From NCBI GenBank assembly GCA_002633005.1, contig NMRA01000047.1, positions 1,079,326 through 1,143,325 on the forward strand: 64,000 nt of DNA, read 5' to 3'. This document shows positions 22,693 through 35,499 of this stretch, one piece after another. The notes below the pieces were generated by a model. That model saw only the letters and a list, made by a program, of their open reading frames with translations, searched no databases and was not told where the DNA came from. The position numbers and the translations under genes were made by a program. Position 1 is the first letter of the stretch; each line of letters opens with the position of its first letter. This DNA is from Phoronis australis (lineage: Eukaryota; Animalia; Phoronida).

Positions 22693-25600
22693 TGCAAGTG
22701 TGATGTCTACGCTTCAGAAGATCAAGAAGCAGTTTTTGATCGGGAATCTGGTTAAGCTAGTTTTGTCAGACTTAACAGGTGGCGTCTAACAAGTCGAGAA
22801 GTCAGTCAGTGACACAGGAGTGACATCTATTGTGAAGAACATTGGCAAAAATTGTGATGGAAGGAAGAAACATCAGTGGTGATAACCTTTTTAAAAGGCT
22901 GTGAAACCCGAAAGTGGTGCCATTCAAATGTGTGTAAGAACGGAAGATGCACACTATTTAGAATGACAATCTCAAGATTTGCAACTAAACACAAACTGTT
23001 TGTAAACATTAGTTTTCAAACGCAGTCACAAGACCAGAAGCTGTTCATATCTAGCATGCAGCCAGCGTAACCATGGTAACACAGATATTAAAAACACTAA
23101 GGCACAAGAGGTAAAATATATCTGGCTGTTAATGGTTTGGCATAGTAAATCTCAAGTACTTATTGCTCTCACATTGGTCTTATTATGACCCTACTTACAA
23201 TACGAGCTAATAGGTTTCAACGAAGCGATATAAGAACTCCTGTGATATATACAATCGGTATGAAACCAAGTTTGCCTTCATTGATGACAACTGGTCATGA
23301 AGAAATGACAATCGCAAAGCACATCTCTGGAACTATTATGCTTTTCCCAACATAAATCACATTGAAAAACCCGAGTTACCACTGAATTTAACTGTTCATA
23401 TACAATCTGAGCATAAGCACCACGTAGTGACATTTTGAAAACCCCAATTGTTTAGTTCATGTTTTGAGGTCAAGGCCTTTCTGCTCCTGTGCATATTGTT
23501 GTTAAATTTCCACCCAAGATTCACAGCATGTCATTATCCACAGCTAGGCACCTGTGCAACATCGGTGAACTATAGAATATTGTTAGGCTATGATCAGCTT
23601 ATCCAAACAGGGGAGTTGATTTCTGCTAAGATGAATAATATTCAAGGGATAACAACTTTTTCGTTATATGTAATTGTGCATAAAAAAGTTGCATGTATGA
23701 GGAAAGGTTTTGCACAGTTTTGCAAAAAAAACATGTCAAACATGACCTCTAGTTTCGAAATAAAAAATGATGCAGTTTCAATTAAAACTGCCAAGGTATG
23801 TAATTAGTTTGAGTTTGATGATGGGTCTAGCCAGCAGGAGAAACAAACTGAATTACAGAGCTAGTCAAATTTAGGCATATTCTCTTTGTAAAGTGAGGCG
23901 CTTGAGTTTTCGACCAAGATTCACAGCACCTCAGAGCAAAATTTTGGAAAAATGTAAGAAGTGCTGTTGATGGGAAAGCGATGTAAAAGCTCAATACTTT
24001 GAAGTAAAACTATGTAACGCCTCTTTAATATACGTGTGACATACACTCAGTCAACGTTACCTGTTCCTTACACAAGTCACAAGGAGTTTCAGGTTTCTGC
24101 ATGATTTTGTTTTAAGACCATGATGTCTTCAAGCTTGCACATCAACACAAATTCCCTTAAGTTAAATTTCTAGGAAAAGGAATGCTTTGAAACTTCAATA
24201 ATTCATTTTGTGATGCGTAAATAGATTGCACTGAGTCTTCAACTAAATTAGCAAATAAGAGCTTTGGCAATTTTTTTTTTCATAATGTCCGCATTCGTAC
24301 ACATGAGGGATGGTAAATGCCCTTGAAATAAGTACATAATTTGGGAGACAAATGGACATTACCTTGCCAAAATTCCTGATAAAAAGAAATGCAAAGATAG
24401 CTTACTTTCTCATCAGGATGGTTTATATTGTAGTTTACCAAATAATAGGGCACTTTACATAAGGACAATTGGCAGATTTTGGCAATTTGAGCAAAATTGA
24501 GGAACGGTTCCACTACCAGAAACAACTAATCTGAAAAGTGTTATGTGAACTTTAAGATGATGTATGCTAGGTTGGTAAGAGTGAGCTATCACACAATGTG
24601 ACCTCTGATGAAAGGTTAGACAGACACCTTGAATCTAGCAGAGGTCATAAATCAAGTGATTCAGATTTGTCAACATAGCTGATGACACCGTGAACACATA
24701 GGTTGCAAATTGGCACTTCAAACTAGGAAATGCAATGGAAGCTAAGATTGAATTGTAGTCATTTCATAACACAGTTAGGGTAATTGCTGTGTCATTGATT
24801 TTTCGGTTCTGGTTTTGTATTTCCACTTGTATTTGGATATTGTGTGTAAAGTAAGTGTAAGACAAACGTAGGAAGATTCAATGAAGAATGACTAGTTTAA
24901 GCTGCATTATCAACATTCGAATACCATGGAAACTGGACTTCACCAGGAGAATATCAACCATGTGGACATCCTCAAATGGACATTCAACAACATTAGAGCA
25001 CCAGCAAGTAATCAAGATAGCGCAATTAGGTACTTGAATGGCTTCTTTTCTGAAAGTGTTTCCATTTTGTATGAGAGTCTCTTCATTTTTGGCCAAATCT
25101 AGGGGGAACTGACCACCACTGCAGCCAGTCTGATATGCCCATACTAGTGGATACAAAACGCAGCTCAAAACAGGCTTTTGAAAAATCACAGGCTTTGGTC
25201 AGGTCATTTGTGAATGCATATTTTCACAGCAAAGATAATTGTGTTGGGTTGCACATATTAACTAAATACTCTGTCCTCTGGATCAGGGCCGTAGCTAAGA
25301 TGGTCGTGGGAATGTTCTTGTGAACGCAGCACTGTGAGAGGAGACAAAGCAAAAACTTGTAACTGAAATTTGTCATATTCTGATTTAACGGTTGCCTTCA
25401 GAAGCCTTGTTAATAACTTGTTTGCAAATTAAAATCAATGCAATGGATTTAAACCCTTGAGCCCTACTTACTACTGCAGTAAATGCACTACAATGTTCCC
25501 ACCCAGATTAAAGCTGAGTGCAATGGTAACAATGGAACGCTGTCAATCACGATGTTTAGCTTAGTCCTGAATGAGAGATCACAATGTTCTGTGTTTTGGG

Positions 25601-26455
25601 TTATTTTTGGGGATTAATTAGATCATAGGTAATAATTCCCATAAAAATGCTAAAGTAATTGTTCATTCTTACTGAAGATGGAACTTTTCTTTTTCCAGTT
25701 TTGGGTTACGATAAACATGGTATGCAAGAAGTTATCAGTAAAATAGAGCAGCAGCATAATTTTATCACTTCAAAACAGCAAAACAATTTTCTAACTTACA
25801 AAATACAACATAACATACTTTTTATCTTGCTAAGATGAATTCTCAGTTCTCGAAAATGGAAAACCAGGGTCTCTATTAAAAGCACTGTATTATCACGACT
25901 GGCATTACGATCGATCAAAGATTGAGAATGGTGGCTCAAAATTTGAGCGTGGTGGTCACTTTTACTTCGATAAAAGCAAATTAGGCTTATGTATTGCATT
26001 TAGTGTGGGTTACGTAATTTAGTGTGGTTATTAATCCCATGTTCTCAGGAGAAGTAAATTTGCTGTAGCAGTTATAAGTAATTGCCAAACTAAATCACAG
26101 TTTTGCATCAGAACTTACTGTTCTTGAGGCTTTTAGGATTGTCACTACCAGTAGTAAATCGCCTAGTGCGGAATAGCTTTTCAAAAATTTGGCCCCAGTT
26201 TGTTAAACTGTTCAACAACAACCACAAAACTTTGGATAGCTGTCCCTATTGTAATCATGCGGACAGTTTGTGGACAGCTACTTGAGAGGAAAACTGAGCT
26301 GTGCACATGTGAATTGATTTGTTTTATCTGGCCCAGGGGAATAGTCAATACTAACAGCTAACCTGCAACTCAAAGGGTTGTGCGAATGATAAGAATAAAC
26401 GGCACTATGCGATTACAAAACTTGCAAGCCAAGATGAATTTCACCAAATTACCTA

Positions 26456-26705
26456 CCGTAGAATATCGCCAATTTAGGACACAATATGGCAGACAAGTGA
26501 AACGCTATTTTATCATATTTGTCAAATAAGTTAAGTAGCACAAAACAAATGCATTATAATTTTCATCTTTCGTGTTGCAGTTACCACAAGACCATGTTTT
26601 TAGAAACTGTTGGTATTTTAAAACAACAATGCTTAGAGGTCTTTGAAAACAGAAAAATATCAATTATGGCAATTATTTTTGTCCTAAATTGGCGAGATTT
26701 TCCAT
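26456..26705. mobile_element. MITE with ~30-bp terminal inverted repeats
   Basis: CCGTAGAATATCGCCAATTTAGGACACAATA ... TATTTTTGTCCTAAATTGGCGAGATTTTCC; related fragments near 10250-10390, 11025-11075, 27120-27170, 27880-28020 and 46770-46800. Confidence 0.65.
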
Positions 26706-28426
26706 AAATTGAAATACATCAGTTCCGATGTTGCTCTAATGTCTAATACAAGGCAATTCAACATACTTTTGGTCTTAATTATCTCACAAGTTAGAAAAGA
26801 ATATGAGAGGTAAGTTTGTAGATTTTAGGTGCATGGCACACAACTTTTATGGAAACTCAGGTGCTAACTTAATAAAAGCAGAACATTATGCATCCTAATC
26901 ATGTAAAGTATCCAGCTACTGTATGGAACATACTCTTAAATCTCACCATCTAAATACACAATATGGCAGATATCTAAAATTTATTTTTGTCATGTTTTCA
27001 TAAAGATGGGCAACAAAAAATATGCTTTAACATTTTCAACTTCAGTACAGTAGCTCTCGTCAAATGAATTTTGGAAAATTTGTTGACATTCAAAATAACG
27101 CTCAAAACTGAAAATTGAAAAGAAACTGGCTAGTTTTGATAATTATTTTTGCTTGAAATTGGTAAGACTATGCACCAACAACATCATTTCAGTTTGGTCG
27201 ATTAATCTCGTCAATAAGCAAACACGTTACTGTCAAATAAACCAGCCTTAAGTCAAAGTAGATGATGCGTAATGTTTGATATCCAGATCAACCGCTTTCA
27301 TTCCAGAAATAGTTACAATTAAGTTTAAAGCTATTATAAATCTTGTTCCGCTGTCAAAGCATTTATACCCACAGGCACAGCTGCTCTCCACACTAACGTC
27401 ATGGCGTTCTTGACCTTTGTTTGAATTGCAAGAAGTAGTCGAGGAGAATTCCCCAGATCGCCATACTGCCTTGCCGACTGAACTCAAGATAAGCATCTTA
27501 GTCCACATAGTCTAAAAACAAAATGGTCTGTCAGCTCTTCTGAAGCCCAGAAAATATTTATCATTCAACTAATGAACAAGAAGAAGCCCATTTGTAATTG
27601 GTCTAATTTAGCTCCTTTAGTTAAGATTACTATGTGCAAAAGTGCCCAAATGGGGTCACTTCGTGTATAAACAATTCCTGAAAACGTTATTTTGCATACA
27701 CAAGTCACAGAACAGATCAATGACACGAGGAACTCCATGCGAAAGTGCTCAAGGTATCGAGTGTCAAAATATCTCCAATTTTAAAGCAAAGACAAATGCC
27801 AAATCTGCCTTTTTCATTGTTGAAAGGTTTCTAATTCTAATTCTAACACTATTGCCAATGCCCATAAACTTTCAAAATATGTCTGGTGGTAGCTATGGTT
27901 ACAGAGTTTGAACATGGAAAAGCATTGATTTGGTGCTACACACTTTCATAAAAATGAGAAAATTAAAGTTTACTAGTTTTATCCACCGTATTGTGTCCTG
28001 ACTCAGCGAGACTTTACCGTACTATTCCTTAGTATGCTAGCTGTAACCTGGTAGATTCACACCTGGTGTAGCCGGGAACACTGCGTATACGGAGATTGAC
28101 TGCCATTACAAGTCAGATCAGTACTTATAGGTTATATATTCAAAAATCAGCGTTATTGTTTAAGATTTAGTTAATTCACGTGTGAGATCTACATACGAGT
28201 TGTGACACACATGTTCATATTACTAGTGCTGATCATTAACTATTATTAGTTATCGGATTATGAGCCCACATATAAACAAGTTCGTGGCCAGGTCATTGTT
28301 TTGCTTTTAATCTGATGAAGCATCATTAGGACAAACAGACGTACATCACATACCACCACTAGTCGAAACCAAGAGAGCAAATAGTCACAACTTTGGCCAA
28401 GATAATTGGATGTTACTGATCAGCAA

Positions 28427-28466
28427 CCTTAAAGCTTTTGGATCCATCTTGGATCATTCGTCAGGG
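28427..28466 (-). ncRNA. Degenerate minimal hammerhead-like motif (different family)
   Basis: Minus strand CC-CUGACGA-AU-GAUCC-aagau-GGAUC-CAAAAGCUU-UAAGG; palindrome AAGCUU is present but the GAAA box is damaged. Confidence 0.45.
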
Positions 28467-28669
28467 AACTGAGCAGGAACTGAGCAGGAGCTGAGCAGGG
28501 ACTGTTCATTACATAAATATCAAGTGTTGACACCCAGTAATATGAGATGAGGCAATCTTAGACACTGGGAATTTCTAATCCACCATCTCTATTGAGACTC
28601 AATTTGCTTCGCATAATTTCTTACAGGTTCCAATAATGCCCTTCTAGGCTGCTGATAAGTAACTGTAGT

Positions 28670-28950
28670 GCCGTCCACGCTACGAACAAGTTACTCCTGG
28701 AACGAGTTGTCGCACTTGGGCAATTTGAAACACATGTAACGCAACTTGCCCCAATTCATTAGTCATAGTGTGGATGCAAACCTGCGGACAAGGCAGAAGT
28801 AATAATCTGATGTGCACTTGCTCAGTTACACACAGAGGGGTGAATACTTGTCACATAGTGTAGTGTGTGTAGTGTGGATATGCATTTGACAGGGGGCAAG
28901 CTGTTGTAGGGCAAGTTGCTCTCTAGGGTAACTTGTGGTATGGACGACTT
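28670..28950. mobile_element. MITE-like element, same family as 8605-8945
   Basis: Inverted ends GCCGTCCACGCTACGAACAAGTTAC and GTAACTTGTGGTATGGACGAC. Confidence 0.5.
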
Positions 28951-31591
28951 GCCACTTTTTACTTTGAGTTATCTTTCATTTGACTTTGACTTAGTGATGC
29001 AGTGAATATGTATGCAACAACTGTCTTGTGATCTTGTTTTGGAAATAAAATTATTTTGTACCATGTGACCAAATTTTGTCACTACTTTTTGCTATCTGCG
29101 GTTTGTTTCTGAAAAAATATTTACACAAGCACACACAGGAAGTCACTGCACTGGTGTAGTTCCATTTGAAACAACAAAATGTGCAAATGTATTAAGAAAG
29201 CACTGCGCGCTGTGCTTCAGTTAAGTACAGTTGTCGATAACGCTAGTGTACACCACAGACTAACAGTACATACCAGCACAAAGACTGAAGATTTTTACAC
29301 AAGCCTATTACAATGATTATCCCACCTTTAAAATCCTGTCCCCAGATTGATCGAATGATATCATTTGAACATCAACAAGTCTGGTCATAGCTATGAAGGC
29401 CATGCAGGGATGTTACTGCGAGTATGACATCGTTTTTTAGAAGAGCAAGAACGTTATAACTGACGTCAAGTTGATACCTTTTCATGTTCAGACTTAACGA
29501 CCTACTTCACGAGCCAAGTTAATGGTGTGTGTGCAAACTAAAATGAAAATTACGACCATCGAAGCTATGACCGAACAAACAGCCTTTTCTAAAATGTACC
29601 CTTGGTGCATGGCACAGGTCTGATGATGGATAGCGTTTGCGTGGCATAAACAGCTCTATCATTCACACTGGCTGAAATGCAGTTGCCTGACAATAGGCAC
29701 TCCAGGCAATTATCACCCCCTCATAGAATTTGCCTGCAGAATTGGAAACAAAAGCTTTCAGAAATAAAAATGAACGTAGAAAAAGACATTTTACTGAAAA
29801 TAGTAGCAGATTCATTTGCTGAGTACAAACAGCAATGCTCATAAAGGATTCTTAATGTGAAAATTCTGACCTGAACCACAAAAACAAACAAACAAAACTT
29901 AGAACAATCATTACTTGGAGCACAATTTTGAAGATGAAAAATCCAAACTTTCGTGACCGTTATTTTACCATCATATCGTCATGTTGCTAGACCCAGCAAT
30001 ACTGATGTAGGATATAGTCAATAACTGCATGGTATTTATAAGTTTGAAATTGGCGCACTACTAGTCACTGAACCATATCGACTGAAGGCTCTAAACCACA
30101 AAAAATGATTATTGAATGCTGACAATTTATTGTATCTCAAATGTAGCATTTCAGAATGTGAATGCACATCAAAACATGGGCAATAGTGGGATGTAACTGC
30201 CCATATTTTGAAAACCAGTTTGATGCCCGTTATTCAGTGCAAAAAACTGGTTCTCAAAATGCGGGCACGTTATATCCAATCAATACCCAAAACAAGTATA
30301 ACAGTGTCCGTGACCTTTCTAAATCACTAAAGACGAAGCATGCTGAACAGAAATCTGCAGACGAAAGTGAAACAGACTAAATTAAGTAACCATGTTCACC
30401 GCGCTGATTTTCAGCTCATCTCCATTGATCAATTTCACCCGAGGGAGATGGGTATTTAAACAGGCAATAGCTTAAAACTCAGATAAGACCAATGGAAATG
30501 TGATATTGCATGGAATAATTTAGCAACTGGGCGAATTCATCAAGTCTTGAAGACAGGTCAAATACAAAAGTAATTATTATATGGTAGTCACATCTTTTTG
30601 AGGTTACAACTTATCTGAAGTATGATTAGTTTTTTCATACTAAGGCTATGGGGGGCAATATTGACATGTTCTTGGATTAAGCCAAATATCTACAAAACTA
30701 TGTTTTCCGAAAGTAGAAAACTAAAAGAATTGGGTTTCTTTGTCAAACTGCCATCCATTCTGTCACATGACTGTGTCTTTTTAGTAAAATTTAGCAAATA
30801 AGAAAGGTACATTGACAGCAAAACGAAGGTATCAATTACACGATCAAATTTTATTTGATAAAAATGTCCAAAATGAGATCCACAAAATGGCATTACAATT
30901 TTCTAAAATATTTTGTTTTCATTTTATGCAATGTTTTTTCATGAAACTCATAAAAGTCCTATTTTTGATAGCCCTAATACAAAAGTGGAACATTTTAAAT
31001 ACAATAATATATTCCTAACGACTGAGAACATGTAATAATCTATTTATACCACATACTGAACGAGAAACTTTGCAATGAATCGATCTACCTTTCTCGAATT
31101 GCTGCGGCTTTGTAACTACTTTCTATGTCAGATGCCCGGGGTTGGAGGTCGCTACCTTTTAAGAAAAGCCTAGCTATTTTTGTCAAATAATGCTTTTACT
31201 CTAAACCAATAGAAAAATAAAACAAAATAGAAATAAAGTGAATCTATAAATTAAGGTTTAGCAACTATTATAGCTTACTACACATTTTATCACGCTAAGC
31301 TTCAACCGGGAAAATATCGTCTGCTAAAGTAGGTTACCACTGGCTACTGGCTATAAGGCTCAAGTCAAAGGATCCCGACGACACCATACCCGCATTCAAA
31401 TTGGAGATCAGTGATTTACAAGTGAGAGACCACGAGAGAAAAATTTCATTGAATTAAAATATCGTTTTTATGGAAATTATGCGTCTTATTTTTCATAGCG
31501 TATAAATGTCGGTGCAATGCCCTTTGCTGAACATGCGATTGTTGCGCGTGCTCATTTAAGTATTCTATTTTCACGTTCGATGACGTCAGCC

Positions 31592-31660
31592 GCTGAAAGG
31601 TGTAGTGGTAAAGTCGGCGACTCGAAACTCTTGAGGCCCGGGTTCGAATCCGGCCTCCGT
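31592..31660 (+). pseudogene. tRNA-like sequence (tRNA pseudogene or SINE head)
   Basis: A-box-like GGTGTAGTGGTA and perfect B-box GGTTCGAATCC, but the acceptor and anticodon stems do not pair. Confidence 0.55.
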
Positions 31661-32516
31661 TTCCCGCCAAAATGTTATCTCATTAGCGAGATAACTTTAT
31701 GGATTATTACATGGTTGTATCTCCCATTCGAGGCTAATATTGTGGTATAAATCATAGTATCTGAAAGTAAATTCATGTGAATCCGATTGGCCATTCCTGC
31801 AATCAATATGATGTTCAGAAGTCAGCTAAATTTGAACGTTCAACTGGAGTCCCACATAACCTTAAAAGCATCTTTTTTGTGAACTTAACATGTGCAGTTG
31901 AACAATTTATACTTCCTAAATCAAGTCTTTTATTATTAACAATTAATTTAAAAACTGCAGGTTCAACAGTTACAACACAGACCAATTAGGTGTTAGGGCA
32001 GAATCAAAATCCAAAGTTTTTTTACTTCAAAACTTTCGAAATAGCATCACATCCCCGCAATACAGTTGCCACTAAGCCCACAGTGTCGCGCATCGTCACA
32101 GTCCTAAGAACAAAGAAATTCCATTAGTAGTAAAGTGCCCTCGGCAATAAGCCATCACAGCACTATGTTTCCACAGGGCAAGAGCAAGGCGATATCGGTA
32201 TTACATTCATGCAACCTCCATATTAACATTACCACCCCCAGAAAACATGAGAATATTCAAACAATTCTTTCAAAAATATAATAAAAGCTTCGACTTTGTT
32301 TAAAGCCCCACAATTACACAACATGAATCTATGGACCCAATGGAGTTCCTTGATTGTTTCAAATGAGAGACTCACCATTGCTACCATACTCAATTTATTG
32401 TAGTGTAAAATTTGCCATTTCATCAGGGCCCAATTAGCTTTGGCAGTGTTTGTGGGACTTTAAGGTAATGCAGGACCTTACGGACAAGTCTTTGTACATA
32501 GCCAAATACTTACAAA

Positions 32517-33089
32517 TGTAACAGGAGTGCCCTGGACATGATTATGTAAGATATATGCGCCCTCTAGTGGTCAAGCGGTGTATTACGTATGGAATTTTCC
32601 TATGATGTTGAGTCCTTTGGACATGGCCAAATATGGTCAGAAGCTAGGAGCTATGGGCCTTGCCCTTCAGATCGTGTCTGATTGGTTGAAATTGTGTACT
32701 TAAGCTTTGTCTCTGTCAGACATGAGGAGTCCAGTCACAGAGTTCAAGAAGCAAACATGTACACCTTCACTCACACCAAATTGCAACTGTTTGTGCAGCT
32801 TTCGGGCTCCTCCCGAACTTGGTTGCCAATAGTTTAGCCCCAGCAATTCTCGGGCTCCTCCCGAGCTTGATTGCATCTCACCTTTCGGATCTGAATAACC
32901 AAATTGCCCCGTTCTTGCACACACAACTATTAATCAGCGACTGGCTTGCCCGTGTATCAGAACTGTATAAATCACAACGCTGCGATACTAAATCATGGAA
33001 CAACTGGATTGCTTGTAAGTGTGAGATATTGTAGTTATATATTCTTACAATAAACCTATGTATCATTCACCAACTTTTAGTTTTCAACA
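32517..33089 (+). mobile_element. Possible solo LTR
   Basis: TGT...ACA boundaries, internal TATAAA (~32966) and AATAAA (~33049), duplicated CGGGCTCCTCCCG hairpins; no TSD confirmed. Confidence 0.3.
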
Positions 33090-35499
33090 TCACCCTCAGT
33101 CCGCACCGGGCTCGTAAAATCGGGGCACCTTGGTCGTAGATACCGCCCCCGTTACACAAAAGTATATATTTTCTGAAAGTAGACGAGCTGAAAATTTTAT
33201 TTTTGACTTTTTACTAAAGCCATTAATTGGGTCACATGAGCATGTATTTTCAGTTAAACAGAACATATTAAATGTATATTGAAAGCAAAACAGCATTATC
33301 AGTTACATGAGCAAATTTTATTAGATGTAAATATTAAAGACAAGATCTCAAAATTGCTGTTACAGTTTTCTAGAAAATCATTTCGTATTCATTTTATGCA
33401 GCCTTCTTTCTAGTGTTCTACATATTAATCTTAATTAAGGTTAATACCCGACACTGGTTATTTCACAAGTCATTTGTAGAAAATAACATTTGCGCCAGTA
33501 TTTCATTGTCAGAACCTTGCCATGCTATAAGCCTCAGGTTTTTGACTCGAGGGAATTAAAGACAGTCCGACTATGCAAATAGCACTGTACGTAGTGCTGT
33601 CCATACTAAAGGTAACCTTAGAATAATTTACTCCTGACCATAAACTTGCGATCACTAAGATTTAGTGGTTCTGTGGATGTTGTTTATGCTGGGGCAACTA
33701 AACACATGTGTGACAACTTATCCTACCTTATCAAGGTAGGTTAACTTTTCTAGGGTACGTAACTTGTCCCAGCTGTTCTATGGTAACTCGCAACATTAAA
33801 TATAATGTTGGCAGGGTAACATTCAGTGCAGCAAACAAATGCTAGCTCCATGGTTGCTTCTCAAACGAAACAGTACGGTAACAAAACTTCCCCAAAATGC
33901 CACTACTTCCCCTACCATCAATCAATCAATGCGCCGTCGAAAGTAACTGCCACAGAACGAGATGGGATGCATTTGGAATTAACCTGGCCATCCAAAGAGT
34001 CTCAGTAGATTCCCTGTACGACTGATAAGTTGGCAACACTTGACTAGAATATGAAGTTATTGATTAGCCGATGAACTGGTAAAATGCCAAGAAATGAGTT
34101 GCTAGTCATTTTTTCAAATTCTGAAAAGACTAAATAGACACTTGGAAGCCTAACGATGTTGTTTTAATTACACTGTCTGAGTAAAAATGCAATGCTCTGA
34201 AGTGCCACTGGACTCTTCTGTATCATAACATAACAGTGCCACCTTTTGGTGGCTCGTCAATTTCCAACTGCACAGTTACACAACACAATCCCAGATATGA
34301 ACAGCGCCACCCTGTGGTAAGCAGTGTCAGCTACTTTAGCTGAATTTGATCAAGCATGAGGTATTTTTCAACCTCTGTGGAGTTCTTTCACGTTTTATCA
34401 TAAAATTTTAACTGACTTTCAATTCTTATCTTCTAAATCTCCATTAATTCATGTCTTAAAGCATCATTCATAATCACGTGACCACCATTTTTGATAAAAT
34501 TGTATGCATTGTTTTGAGCACAAATTCCTAAAAAACCTTAGCTGCAGCTAACAATGTTTGAGCATATCCGATACATTCTGGTCAACGCCCTGGGCCTTAA
34601 ATTGGTAAGTGCGGAGGAGGAGCGCTTACCCAAAGATGGGCTTCTTTGAAACTGAAGTCAAGTCAAAGCCCTCCAACTGACACGTCTACTCAAGTAGCTA
34701 TGTATGCAGCATGAAATAGAGAAAATACACGGTGAAAAAATACTTTTTAGGACTGATCTGCCTGAATGGCTTGTTCATAGCACGTGCAGCGCACTCAAGT
34801 GGGCTAAAATAAAGACGTCTGCCACGTGAGCTCAGTGCAGAACCTTGATTAAGGTAGACTAAAAAGACTGAATAATTCTGGCTACGCTTTAATTAGGATG
34901 TGCACATTAGAGAACCATTAAGCTTGCCAGTGGGGATTATTCATGCTTGATCAATTTAATCTCCTAAATCACAACAATCCTATTTTTAGAAAGCCTTCTC
35001 ACATATTGCGGTAATGGAAGAATGGTGGCAGAGTCACAGGCAACAGGATCTTCAAAGTAACAAGGGTTGTTACAAGTTGCCTCCAGCATTTGTCACAGGG
35101 TATCCAAACTGCCCCCGCTGCTTAGGGATGCCCCCCAGGGTGAAAGGCCACCCCATCCCCACAGCTAGGCTACTGCCGATGCCTCAGAACGTGTGAATTT
35201 TTAAGGTTATAATATTTTTAAATGGTAATGGGTGTGCAGCATTCATTCAGAGTGCACTTTTGTTTCTGTCCACAACAATAACAGATTCATTTCATGAAAT
35301 GATAATGCTGCTGTGACCTTGAAAATGATATCAAGGTCACCAAATACCGGTAATGCCTGGAGATGGCCCACCTATACCTTGGTGCAAAATATTCACAACA
35401 AATACTGCACACAAACAACATTTTCCAATTCAAAACTTGATTTTCTCATGACCAAGGTCTCCAAAATGGACTGGTTCCTAGAGATGCCTCACCTACACC

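Noticed and set aside
31592-31660. Functional tRNA gene
   Set aside because: The acceptor and anticodon stems do not pair; only the promoter boxes survive.
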